From: Candidatus Lindowbacteria bacterium RIFCSPLOWO2_12_FULL_62_27
GTDB lineage: Bacteria; Lindowbacteria; 2-12-FULL-62-27
Length of the DNA stretch: 49,419 bases
Assembly: GCA_001784175.1 (NCBI GenBank)
Contig: MFPR01000030.1
Coordinates: forward strand, 124,001-173,419
Reading direction: 5' to 3'
The notes beneath the pieces were generated by a model. It did not search any database. It was not told the origin of the DNA and worked only from the letters and a program-made list of their open reading frames with translations. The first letter of the stretch is position 1; every line of letters begins with the position of its first letter. The translations under genes were made by a program, and so were the position numbers. Shown in pieces: positions 8,947 through 17,160 of the stretch.

Positions 8947-9987
8947 CTACTTGTTGTGACACACCTCGCACGCCTCCGGCGCGCCGGCCAGTGTGCCCGT
9001 ATCGGGTCTGAAACGAAGGCTGGCGACGTTGAAGCTTCCATGAGCGCGATGGCAGGTCAGACAGAAAACGGCCTTGTTCCCCGAGCTGGTCGTCAGAAGG
9101 GGATAGGTGTCCGACCCGCCGTAGTTCGTGTAGTTGGTCTGAACGGCCGCCGTCAGCTGAAAGTCCACGGGGTGGTGCGTATTGGCGCCGGCGGAATTGT
9201 CAACCAGTCCGTCGGCGTCATAATTGCCCGTCACCGCCCCTTGGATGTTCTGGGTCGATGGATCAAAGGTGTTGCTCGGCCCGAACTTCTCGTGGCAGTC
9301 CTGACAGTACAGCGTGAAATCGGCCGTGTACTGGCCGGTGTCTTCCCAAACGCTGGTGTCCGTATAGCCGTTGGACTGCGCGAGGACGGTGCATCCAGAA
9401 ATCCCGGCGTTGACGCTGTTTGGATCGGGCAGGAGATTTCGGTAATTCGTGTTTCCGTGCTGGTTGTGGCAAGTGGCGCAGGTCATGTAGTTCGTGCCGT
9501 TGTCCCAGTTGCCGCCGCCTGAACCCGGGGGACTGGGCTGGGCGGCCGCGGCCACATGCAGATTATGCCCGCGCGTGTCTATCCAGTCGTTGCCTCCGCT
9601 GACGCGGTCATAGACGCCGACGCCCGCGCCGTAATAGCCGTAGCCTTCAAATCCGAATCCTCCGGCGGCCGGCGTGTCTCCGCCCGTCGTTTTGTCCGCA
9701 ACGCATGGCGCGCCGCTCGACGCGTAGTTCGGCCCGTCGGCGGAATGGCAGTTCAGGCAGAGGGTGTTGGTGTTCGTGGCTTTGAGCAGATTCGTAAATC
9801 CGGCGCCCCCATTGTAGGTCGTGACCCCGCCGCTGTCGCTGGCATGCATCACATGACAGTCGGAGCAGATGAGCGGATCGCTGTGGTAGTTGGCCGACGC
9901 CCGGCCTCCTTCGTCCTCGAAGGACACGGCGGCGACGAAGCCCGCGACAACAATCGCCACCAAGGCGAATTTCAAACATCTCCTCAT
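8947..9987 (-). CDS. omcS: Hexaheme OmcS-like extracellular (nanowire) cytochrome c
   Basis: Six CxxCH (CSDCH, CLNCH, CATCH, CQDCH, CLTCH, CEVCH) in OmcS-like order and context: mature N-terminus NYHS, CHVMH, AGGFG, RGHN, CHNQHG..YRNL, HHPV, CLTCHRAHGS..LRF, terminal CxxCHxK. Start ATG 9987 with AAGGAG RBS and signal peptide. Confidence 0.8.
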   Translation of the reverse strand: MRRCLKFALVAIVVAGFVAAVSFEDEGGRASANYHSDPLICSDCHVMHASDSGGVTTYNGGAGFTNLLKATNTNTLCLNCHSADGPNYASSGAPCVADKTTGGDTPAAGGFGFEGYGYYGAGVGVYDRVSGGNDWIDTRGHNLHVAAAAQPSPPGSGGGNWDNGTNYMTCATCHNQHGNTNYRNLLPDPNSVNAGISGCTVLAQSNGYTDTSVWEDTGQYTADFTLYCQDCHEKFGPSNTFDPSTQNIQGAVTGNYDADGLVDNSAGANTHHPVDFQLTAAVQTNYTNYGGSDTYPLLTTSSGNKAVFCLTCHRAHGSFNVASLRFRPDTGTLAGAPEACEVCHNK

Positions 9988-10029
9988 GGTCAATGCTCCT
10001 TTCACTTGATGAAGTTCCATCTATGCCCA

Positions 10030-10050
10030 GATCCCCCTGCGCGGGAGATC
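10030..10050 (-). other. Stem-loop between NHL gene and omcS-like gene
   Basis: Minus strand GATCTCCC-gcgca-GGGGGATC (one G-U pair). Confidence 0.45.
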
Positions 10051-10051
10051 G

Positions 10052-10933
10052 TTACTTGATCCGGTAAACGGTGACGGCTTTGAGAACATTGGATGACACG
10101 TACATGATGTTGTTCACAAACGCGGCCGAGCGGAATCCCGGCAGAAAAAGCTCCGTCTCGAATTCGCCCGTCGGATTGAACACCTCAAGCGTCCTTTTGC
10201 CGACGTCGGAAACCCATACGTTTCCGTCGGCGGAGACATACACGCGATTGATGAGCGAAAACGTCCCCGGTTTGCCGCCCGCCCGGCCGAATCTGTGAAT
10301 CAGGACGCCTTGATCGGCGTCATAGATCATCACGGAATAACCGCCCTGATCCGCGACGTAGACCTTGCCGCCCTGATAGACGCAGTCGCTGATGCGCCGG
10401 AATCCCTCCTTCATAAAGACGACGTCGCCGTTCAAGGTGACGCCGTAGGCGGCCTGCGAATGGTAGTCGGCAAAGAAGACCGCTTTGCGATCGGGGCTGT
10501 AATGTCCGCCCGTCACCGCCGTCCCGGACCCATTTCGAAGATGTTTCTTTTCAATGAAATTCCCGCGGTAATCATAGAGGGACAATTCCCCGGCCCGGGA
10601 CACGAGGCCGATATCGCCGTTCGGCGCCGCAAAAAGTACGGCCGGATCGGCCACATCGACTTTGAAGTAATACTTGAGGCGGCCGGACGGGCTGAGAATG
10701 TAAACCATCGAGGTGGAACTCTCATAGACGAGCAATTCCCACACGCTCGTGTCCAGATAGACGAGCGAGGGATCCTCGTAATCGGCGCCGAGTGAAAAAT
10801 TGTGAATGACGCTGACGACCGCCGGCGCAAACGCGGAGGCCGGCGACGGCGACAGGGCAAGCGCCAGGAACGCGATCATGACAGCGCGGACGGGGATCAG
10901 GCGATCAGCCCTTGTGGCATTGCTGACAGACAT
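10052..10933 (-). CDS. Secreted NHL-repeat / 6-bladed beta-propeller protein
   Basis: Signal peptide; VYVADQGGYSVMIYD...FGRAGGKPGTFS..VYVSADGNVWVSD..LEVF NHL blades. Confidence 0.85.
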   Translation of the reverse strand: MSVSNATRADRLIPVRAVMIAFLALALSPSPASAFAPAVVSVIHNFSLGADYEDPSLVYLDTSVWELLVYESSTSMVYILSPSGRLKYYFKVDVADPAVLFAAPNGDIGLVSRAGELSLYDYRGNFIEKKHLRNGSGTAVTGGHYSPDRKAVFFADYHSQAAYGVTLNGDVVFMKEGFRRISDCVYQGGKVYVADQGGYSVMIYDADQGVLIHRFGRAGGKPGTFSLINRVYVSADGNVWVSDVGKRTLEVFNPTGEFETELFLPGFRSAAFVNNIMYVSSNVLKAVTVYRIK

Positions 10934-13900
10934 CCGGCTGCCCCCTTTTCAAAATGCCTTTGAGGTCGGACCCGTGAGGAGAATGGCAGGACACGCATTC
11001 GACCGCCCGACCATCCGGGGTCTTGATGTCTACCGGGTGGACGTGCTCTCCCTCGAATTTGTGGCAGGACTCGCATACCTTCGTGACCGTCGGGGCTTTC
11101 AGGAGCGGTCTGGCCTCGGCGTAATGGGGCGTGTGACATTTCACGCAGTCGCCCTTTTTCGCCGGCGGATGCCCGATTTTGGCCGCCGCAATGTCGCGGC
11201 GCTGGGCGGTATGACAGGTAAAACAGAGTTCGGGCGGGCGGGCGCGAAGGTTATGCTCGATGTCCGACCCATGCGGCGCGTGGCATTCGACGCACCCATT
11301 CTTCTCGATCGCTCCGTGCGCGGCTTTGCCCGCGTTCGCCGCCGGAGATTTTTGCTCGTGGCAGACGAAGCAGGCATTCTTGTTGATCGTGACGGCCTTG
11401 CCCTTGACGACCGGCTCCTCATGACAGTTGGTGCACAGGCCTTTTTTGACCGGATAATGGGCCGTGGGTTTCAGGAGTTTCTTCTCGGCGCCGCCGTGAG
11501 GGGTGTGGCACATGGAACAGCGCGCGCCGGTGACATCGTTGTTGACATGCGCCAGTTTGAATTTGGCTTCGGTCGCATCGTGGCACGTCAGGCACAGTTC
11601 GGCCACGGCGGCGTTGAGAAGCGGCTTCTGGCCGGAGCCGTGAACCGCATGACAGGTCAGACACGCGCCCTCGGCCGCCGGCGGATGGGGCACCGGGGAC
11701 TGCGAAACGATTTTCGCGATGCCGGCGTGACAGCTCAAGCATAATTTCCCGTCGTCCGCCGACAGCTTCAATCGGTTCTTCGTGTCGCCGGCGTGAGGTT
11801 CGTGACAGGACAGGCATTCGCCCTTCTTCACCGGCGGATGTTCGGAGGCGAGGGAGGACGCGAGTCGAATTTTCTCGTGACAAGACAGGCAGAGTTTTGT
11901 CCTGGGGGCCGCCAGATACGGCTGGTCATTCGAAGCATGCGGGTTGTGGCATTTCGCGCAGTCTTCCTTGACGGGCGCATGCACGAATTTTTTCTTGAGC
12001 CAGTCGGCTTGCTGGTCGTGGCAGGTGGCGCAGACCTCCGTCCGCCGCTCCGGCAGGCCGAGCGCCGATGAATCGGTCACCTCGCCGTGGCAATTTTCGC
12101 AGCCACGCTCCTCGAAGGGCGGATGACGATGTTTCTTCAGAAGGCCCTTGTCCCCGGAGTAATGCGGCGTATGGCAGTAGGCGCAGCGCGTATTTTTGGT
12201 GAGCATATTCTTGTGTTTGTCCTGAAGATCGCCGGCGTCGAGCTTGTGGCAATCGGCGCAGAGTTCTCCCTCGGGTTTGACCAGCATCCATTTGCGGCCC
12301 GATGCGTGGGTGGCGTGGCAGGTCACGCACATCTGCTTTTTCACAGGGAAATGGGTGACGCCTGTGTCGGGGAAATTGAACTTATCCTGATGGCAATCCT
12401 GGCACGGCACGGAAGACTTCAACGTCAGCAATTTCGCTTTTTCGGAGCTGTGCGGCGCGTGGCATCGAGAGCATTGGCCCTCCTTAAACGGCGGATGGCC
12501 ATCCGGGTCTTTCAACTGTTCCTTCACTTTGGCGTGACAGGTCGCACAGACCTCCACAGGCTTCGTCCGGAACATCTTGTCTTCGGAACTTTGATGCGGG
12601 TCGTGGCAGCGCGCGCACTGGCCCTCGGACACCGGGCGATGCACGACGGAAAGCTGAAAGGGCCCCTGCTTGTGGCAGGTGAAACAGAGCGCCGGAGTCG
12701 GCCTGGCGAGGAGGGACGCCTGGTTCGAAGTATGGGATGCATGGCATTTGATACACTCGCCGTTCTTGAAGGGCTGATGGGGCGTCTTGTTGGGATCCGG
12801 TTTCTTGTCGTCATGGCAGTTCTGGCACAGCGCCGGCGGCGGCTGGACGAGCAGCTTTGGATTGTTGGAGGTGTGGGACTGATGACAGTTCATGCAGTTG
12901 TCCTCCATCGGCGGATGGACGACGCGGCCGGTAAAGTTTTCCTTTTTGTGGCATCGCAGACACAGTTCGGACGCGGGCGCGCGCAGAAGATGGTCCGTCG
13001 AACTGCCGTGCCCGAGGTGACAGAGGATGCAGTCGCGATTCTGATAAGGCCGGTGGGTCGATTTCTCTCCGGAAGCATATTTGTGGCAGTCCACGCAGAC
13101 TCCGCCGCTCTCTTTAGCCAGAAACCAGCTCTGATTCGATCCATGAGGCGCGTGGCATTTCACGCACTGGCCCCGCTTCGCCGGATCGTGCGCGCTTTTG
13201 CCTTTCGCCGTGTTCTCTTTGATTTTGGCGTGGCAGGAAAGGCAAATCTCCCCGCCATCCGCCGGCACGGAAAATTTCGCCGCGCCTTCCGACAGTTTGT
13301 GGCAGGCCGCGCATTTGCCCTCCTTGACCGGAGCGTGGAGATTGACGAGGAGGTTTTCATTTTTGGAGGCGTGCGGGCTGTGGCAGGTCAGACAATTCCC
13401 GCTTTCGATCTTCTGCCCGCTATGTTTTCCGACAAGGTCGTCGTTGAAGGTGTGACATTTGAGACACAGATCGGGCATGGGTTTGTTCAGCATGCCGGCC
13501 GACTGCTCGCCATGGGGATTGTGGCAGACCACGCACTGGCCGTCCGAAAGATGGGGATGAACGTGCGGCAGCTCCATGTCCTTGCTTGTGTTGTCATGGC
13601 AGTCGACGCATTTCTTGCCGGGATCGACGAGACGCTTGTCGTCCGAGACGTGCGCATCGTGGCAGGCAAGGCATTTGCCGAGGGCCACGGGACTGTGGAC
13701 GTTTGGACCGCGGGGAATATTGTTGTGGCAGGTAGAACAGAGTTCGGCGGGCGGGAATTTGAGGGAAAGGCGGGGCAGAAGCCCGTGCTGTTTATGGCAG
13801 GCCAGGCAATCATTTTTCAGGACTGGGTCATGCTTGAAAGCGGACTCCTTAAAACGTGTTTTCGTTTTTCTGTGGCATTCAAAACAAAGCGCCCCGCCGG

Positions 13901-14084
13901 ATTCACCTCTATTGACGTTCGTGGCGGTCGGCGTGCAGGACACAAGAAGCACCGAACACACGAGGAAGCAGGCAAGGGCCATTCGCCGCAAATGCGATGG
14001 ATGAAGGCATAGAGTTCCACCCTCCGTCTTTTTCCCGTCAGAGAACTCATGCCGATCGGATCGGCGGAAGAAACAGAAACGCAT
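10905..14084 (-). CDS. Giant multiheme c-type cytochrome lipoprotein (42 CxxCH, doubled-CXXCH repeats)
   Basis: 42 CxxCH motifs counted by hand in HxP..G.CxxCHxPH.S...LL....LCxxCH units; lipobox LVSC; GGAGG RBS 10 nt before ATG 14084. Confidence 0.95.
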   Translation of the reverse strand: MRFCFFRRSDRHEFSDGKKTEGGTLCLHPSHLRRMALACFLVCSVLLVSCTPTATNVNRGESGGALCFECHRKTKTRFKESAFKHDPVLKNDCLACHKQHGLLPRLSLKFPPAELCSTCHNNIPRGPNVHSPVALGKCLACHDAHVSDDKRLVDPGKKCVDCHDNTSKDMELPHVHPHLSDGQCVVCHNPHGEQSAGMLNKPMPDLCLKCHTFNDDLVGKHSGQKIESGNCLTCHSPHASKNENLLVNLHAPVKEGKCAACHKLSEGAAKFSVPADGGEICLSCHAKIKENTAKGKSAHDPAKRGQCVKCHAPHGSNQSWFLAKESGGVCVDCHKYASGEKSTHRPYQNRDCILCHLGHGSSTDHLLRAPASELCLRCHKKENFTGRVVHPPMEDNCMNCHQSHTSNNPKLLVQPPPALCQNCHDDKKPDPNKTPHQPFKNGECIKCHASHTSNQASLLARPTPALCFTCHKQGPFQLSVVHRPVSEGQCARCHDPHQSSEDKMFRTKPVEVCATCHAKVKEQLKDPDGHPPFKEGQCSRCHAPHSSEKAKLLTLKSSVPCQDCHQDKFNFPDTGVTHFPVKKQMCVTCHATHASGRKWMLVKPEGELCADCHKLDAGDLQDKHKNMLTKNTRCAYCHTPHYSGDKGLLKKHRHPPFEERGCENCHGEVTDSSALGLPERRTEVCATCHDQQADWLKKKFVHAPVKEDCAKCHNPHASNDQPYLAAPRTKLCLSCHEKIRLASSLASEHPPVKKGECLSCHEPHAGDTKNRLKLSADDGKLCLSCHAGIAKIVSQSPVPHPPAAEGACLTCHAVHGSGQKPLLNAAVAELCLTCHDATEAKFKLAHVNNDVTGARCSMCHTPHGGAEKKLLKPTAHYPVKKGLCTNCHEEPVVKGKAVTINKNACFVCHEQKSPAANAGKAAHGAIEKNGCVECHAPHGSDIEHNLRARPPELCFTCHTAQRRDIAAAKIGHPPAKKGDCVKCHTPHYAEARPLLKAPTVTKVCESCHKFEGEHVHPVDIKTPDGRAVECVSCHSPHGSDLKGILKRGQPDVCQQCHKG

Positions 14085-14162
14085 CGCGGCGATTCCTCCC
14101 TTCCTGGTCGGGTCCTCGAATTACTCCGGAGTCCCTACAAACCGCTTGGTATGTAGTCAGTT

Positions 14163-14180
14163 ATGCAAAATACGTACCGG
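14163..14180 (-). promoter_or_regulatory. Sigma54 (-24/-12) promoter of the nanowire operon
   Basis: Minus strand CCGGTACGTATTTTGCAT = GG-N10-GC with TTGCA, about 80 nt upstream of ATG 14084. Confidence 0.7.
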
Positions 14181-14237
14181 CTTGGGAAATGCCTGGGAAG
14201 TAGTCTGTAACCTTTTTATTTGACAGGGATTGGCCAC

Positions 14238-14316
14238 TTTGTCCGAAGGAAATGGACAAATATGTCACAATATCACATATGTATTATATTATGACACATG
14301 TCCGCCGAAGGACATG
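14238..14316. promoter_or_regulatory. Cluster of TGT...ACA dyads, candidate enhancer-binding-protein sites
   Basis: TTTGTCC-N9-GGACAAA (14238-14260), TGT-N9-ACA (14263-14277), TGT-N11-ACA (14280-14296), CATGTCC-N6-GGACATG (14297-14316), separated from the -24 element by an AT-rich spacer. Confidence 0.5.
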
Positions 14317-14355
14317 CTACGCGTCCTCGTACATAAGTCCATCGAGGCCCGACGG

Positions 14356-14994
14356 TTATTTGGTTTCGGGTTCAGGCGCCGACTCTGGTTTGTATTCCGG
14401 GGCGGCACCGGGTGCGGCCGGCAGTTCGCCTTCGTGTCCCGGCTGATAGTGCGCGATCTTCTTCCACGCCGCTTGGGCCTCAAATCCGACTGCCGTATCC
14501 CACGTTGGCGCCTTTTCGTTGTGGCATCCGGCACAGACCGCCGCCGTCGGATGGACCAGACCGTTCGCCACCGCCGCCTGAGAATCCTTCATAACGCTCA
14601 TCTTCGCGTAATCCGCGCCGGCCCCGTGACAGTGTTCGCACTGGACGCCGTCCTCCATCCTGAACTTCTCTCCCAGCAGCGACGTGTCCGCTTTGAAGGC
14701 GGTCACATGACAGACCAGGCACTCGTCCGATTTCTGGGGGTCGCCCTCCAGTCCGGCCTTCTTCGCAATCTCTTTGGCCGTGTCCGTGCCGAGCGTCTCG
14801 TAAGCCCGCGCGTGGCCGCTCTCTTTCCAGATCTTATACTGCGCCCCTTTGGCATCGGACTTGTGACACATTCCGCATTTGTCCGCGCCGACAAACCCGT
14901 GTTCGACGTTGGCCGGCGCCGTCTCCTCCGCGTTCGCCTTCAAGGACCCCATGAACCCAACCATCACCAGCGATACAAACAGAAATCTTTTCAT
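14356..14994 (-). CDS. Periplasmic tetraheme cytochrome c, c554-like family
   Basis: Signal peptide; FVGADKCGMCH..QYKIWKESGHA, CLVCH, GVQCEHCHGAG, CAGCH; RBS AAGGAG. Confidence 0.85.
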   Translation of the reverse strand: MKRFLFVSLVMVGFMGSLKANAEETAPANVEHGFVGADKCGMCHKSDAKGAQYKIWKESGHARAYETLGTDTAKEIAKKAGLEGDPQKSDECLVCHVTAFKADTSLLGEKFRMEDGVQCEHCHGAGADYAKMSVMKDSQAAVANGLVHPTAAVCAGCHNEKAPTWDTAVGFEAQAAWKKIAHYQPGHEGELPAAPGAAPEYKPESAPEPETK

Positions 14995-15095
14995 CCTTCG
15001 ATTCTCCTTCTGTTTCTCATGGATGATCTCCGCTCCGTACGGGGGAGAACCTTCATGCGCAGATCACATTCATTTATGCCGAACGCCGCGCCTCG

Positions 15096-15869
15096 TTACG
15101 CGTAGCTGTGCAGCCCGGACAGCAGATAATTCACGCCGAAATAGGTGAAGAGCACGCAGGCGAATCCGCCGATGGCCAGCCACGCGAACCGGGCGCCTTC
15201 CCATTTTCGGACGCGGCGCAGGTGGATGGCGAGGGCGTAGATGATCCACGTGATGAGCGACCAGGTTTCCTTCGGATCCCACGACCAGTACGTGCCCCAG
15301 GCTTCGTTCGCCCACACGGCGCCGAGGACAATACCGACTGTCAGGAGAATGAATCCGAGGATGATGGCGCGAAAGGTGAAGGCATCGAGGGCTTTTTCAA
15401 GGCCGTTTTTTTGGATGAGAAACACGATGGATGAAAGCGTGGCCAGGCCGAGCGCCGCGTAGGCCATGAGCGTGGTGGAGACATGAAAGAGCAGCCAATT
15501 CGATTGGAGCGCCGGAACGAGCGGGCGGATGGATTTGTCGAGGAGCGCGGCGATGCCGAGAAAGAGGAGCGCCAGGATCGCGGTCCAGAATCCGAGGCCG
15601 GGGATGGACCACTTGATGGAAAAAATAAAATGAAAGAGCAGGATCGACCACGTGAGGCTCACCAGGGATTCGAACTGGTTGGACAGCGGAGCGAACCCGC
15701 CGACGTTCCACCGCGTTGCCAGAAAAACGGTCAGGAGAATCCAGCTCACTCCCAGCGAGAGGACAGCCAAAAAATCAAAAACAGGCCGGGCGACCAGGCG
15801 GCGAATGGCGCCGAAAAGCAGAGTCGCGAGGAGACACCCAAAGGCCGCGTTCAGAAGGAGGGGGCTCAC
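15096..15869 (-). CDS. ccsA: Cytochrome c synthase, system II WWD-domain subunit (CcsA/ResC)
   Basis: LVPALQSNWLLFHV, GAVWANEAWGTYWSWDPKETW, terminal GLHSYA. Start set to GTG 15869, overlapping the resB stop. Confidence 0.95.
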   Translation of the reverse strand: MSPLLLNAAFGCLLATLLFGAIRRLVARPVFDFLAVLSLGVSWILLTVFLATRWNVGGFAPLSNQFESLVSLTWSILLFHFIFSIKWSIPGLGFWTAILALLFLGIAALLDKSIRPLVPALQSNWLLFHVSTTLMAYAALGLATLSSIVFLIQKNGLEKALDAFTFRAIILGFILLTVGIVLGAVWANEAWGTYWSWDPKETWSLITWIIYALAIHLRRVRKWEGARFAWLAIGGFACVLFTYFGVNYLLSGLHSYA

Positions 15870-16960
15870 CGGGATTTTGGATTTTGGATATTGGATTTCG
15901 GATTGCCGGCAAAAGACCAGACGAGGCCGAGCGGAAGGAGCGCAAACCCGGCGTAGACCATCGGCACGCTGGGGTCTTTGGCCACCTGGATGGAACTGAA
16001 CGCCGGATCGTTCGGATCGTAGCCGGACTGGTAGAAGGCATAGCCTTTGTAACGGAACGGCTCGTTGACATGAATGGTTTTCTGGGCCGCGACCCGGCCA
16101 TTTTCCAGAATGCTCAGATGGCTGCGGAATTGCCGGATGTCGCCGGGCCGGAATTCGTAAACGGCTTGCAAAGTCGCGCAACAGGACATTTCCTTTTCCG
16201 GTCCGTGGGAAGAGGCGTCGGTGGCGTTGTGCCGGCCGAAATCCGGGAATTTGGCGAACAGCCAGCGCCTGGCGGCGTGGCCGCTTTTCACGATTTCGAG
16301 TTGCACAGCGGGATTGACCGGCTGGTCGGAAACGTTTGCCGGGCCGTTTTCGCCCATCATGAAATGGGAAAAGACCGCCAGAACGCGAACGTCGGCGTCG
16401 AGCGGATTTAATCGATACGTTCCGGGTCCGGCGACTTGCAGAGACTCGGATTTCCCGGAGGCGTGATCCGAAAAATGCAGGAGATGAACGCCGCCGGCGC
16501 GGTCAATCGTGAAATGATCGAGCCTGATTTGGAATGGAATATTCTTTGTTCGGGTTTCGTCCAGATGAAAACTGCCCCTGACCTGGCCCGCCCGCATGGG
16601 CAGGATGCCATGATCCGCCCACATCCACCGGACGGCGGCGCCGAGGAGAATCAGGAGCACCGCCGCATGAGTCACAAAAACTCCCGGACGCGACCGGATG
16701 GTCCGGATGCGCATGAGGGAACAGGCGGCGAGGTTGACGGCGAGCGCGGCAAGGAGAAGATTGAACCACGCGGTGGAAAAGAGCCGGTCGAGGCCGAGAC
16801 CGAGAACGAGTCGCGATCCTGTGGGGCCCAGCATTTTTGGATAGACCTCCGGCGACTCGCCCTGCGGAATCGCTGCGCCGATGACGCAGGCCAAAACGAT
16901 CAAGCCCAGGAGCCAGAAGAGCAGCCGGATGGAAGCCAGTTTCGAAAGGATCGAATTCAT
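15866..16960 (-). CDS. resB: Cytochrome c biogenesis protein ResB/Ccs1
   Basis: LASIRL...GAAIPQ, LFSTAWF..LL..LAVNLAACS, FVTHAAVLLILLG, IHVNEPFRYKGYAFYQSGY, AKDPS. Start ATG 16960. Confidence 0.9.
   Translation of the reverse strand: MNSILSKLASIRLLFWLLGLIVLACVIGAAIPQGESPEVYPKMLGPTGSRLVLGLGLDRLFSTAWFNLLLAALAVNLAACSLMRIRTIRSRPGVFVTHAAVLLILLGAAVRWMWADHGILPMRAGQVRGSFHLDETRTKNIPFQIRLDHFTIDRAGGVHLLHFSDHASGKSESLQVAGPGTYRLNPLDADVRVLAVFSHFMMGENGPANVSDQPVNPAVQLEIVKSGHAARRWLFAKFPDFGRHNATDASSHGPEKEMSCCATLQAVYEFRPGDIRQFRSHLSILENGRVAAQKTIHVNEPFRYKGYAFYQSGYDPNDPAFSSIQVAKDPSVPMVYAGFALLPLGLVWSFAGNPKSNIQNPKSR
15872..15904. repeat. Heptamer tandem repeat (GGATTTT-like, about 4.7 copies) at the resB/ccsA junction
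   Basis: GGATTTT GGATTTT GGATATT GGATTTC GGATT; encodes the NPKSNIQNPKS tail of ResB. Confidence 0.75.
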
Positions 16961-16971
16961 GAGCCAACCTA

Positions 16972-16989
16972 CTGCAAAAGCTGTTCCGG
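16972..16989 (-). promoter_or_regulatory. Sigma54 (-24/-12) promoter for resB-ccsA-c554
   Basis: Minus strand CCGGAACAGCTTTTGCAG = GG-N10-GC; the GC is 13 nt before the resB ATG. Confidence 0.6.
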
Positions 16990-17121
16990 ACAATCAGGAG
17001 AAGGGCGGGAAATGCGTAATCTCTCGGAATGCAGGTGGATGGCGTTTCGGGCCGATGGCGGGGATCGTCCTGGGATGTAATGAATCAGGGCAAACAATAT
17101 TCCGGTTTAAAACAATTCAGC

Positions 17122-17150
17122 TTGAAGCCGATTTTCCACGCTGATAAAAT
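17122..17150 (+). promoter_or_regulatory. Sigma70-type promoter of bat operon
   Basis: TTGAAG-N17-TAAAAT with extended -10 TG; 10 nt before the batA ATG. Confidence 0.55.
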
Positions 17151-17160
17151 CCCGGCGATC

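Noticed and set aside
8239-14012. Long + strand ORFs (8239-9522, 10806-11744, 12087-14012; also 42-731)
   Set aside because: Antisense shadows of GC-rich cytochrome genes; their repeated MA/VA dipeptides are reverse-complemented Cys-His codons.
15870-16181. Track N-terminal extension of ccsA
   Set aside because: Overlaps resB in another frame; the GTG at 15869 gives normal coupling and length.
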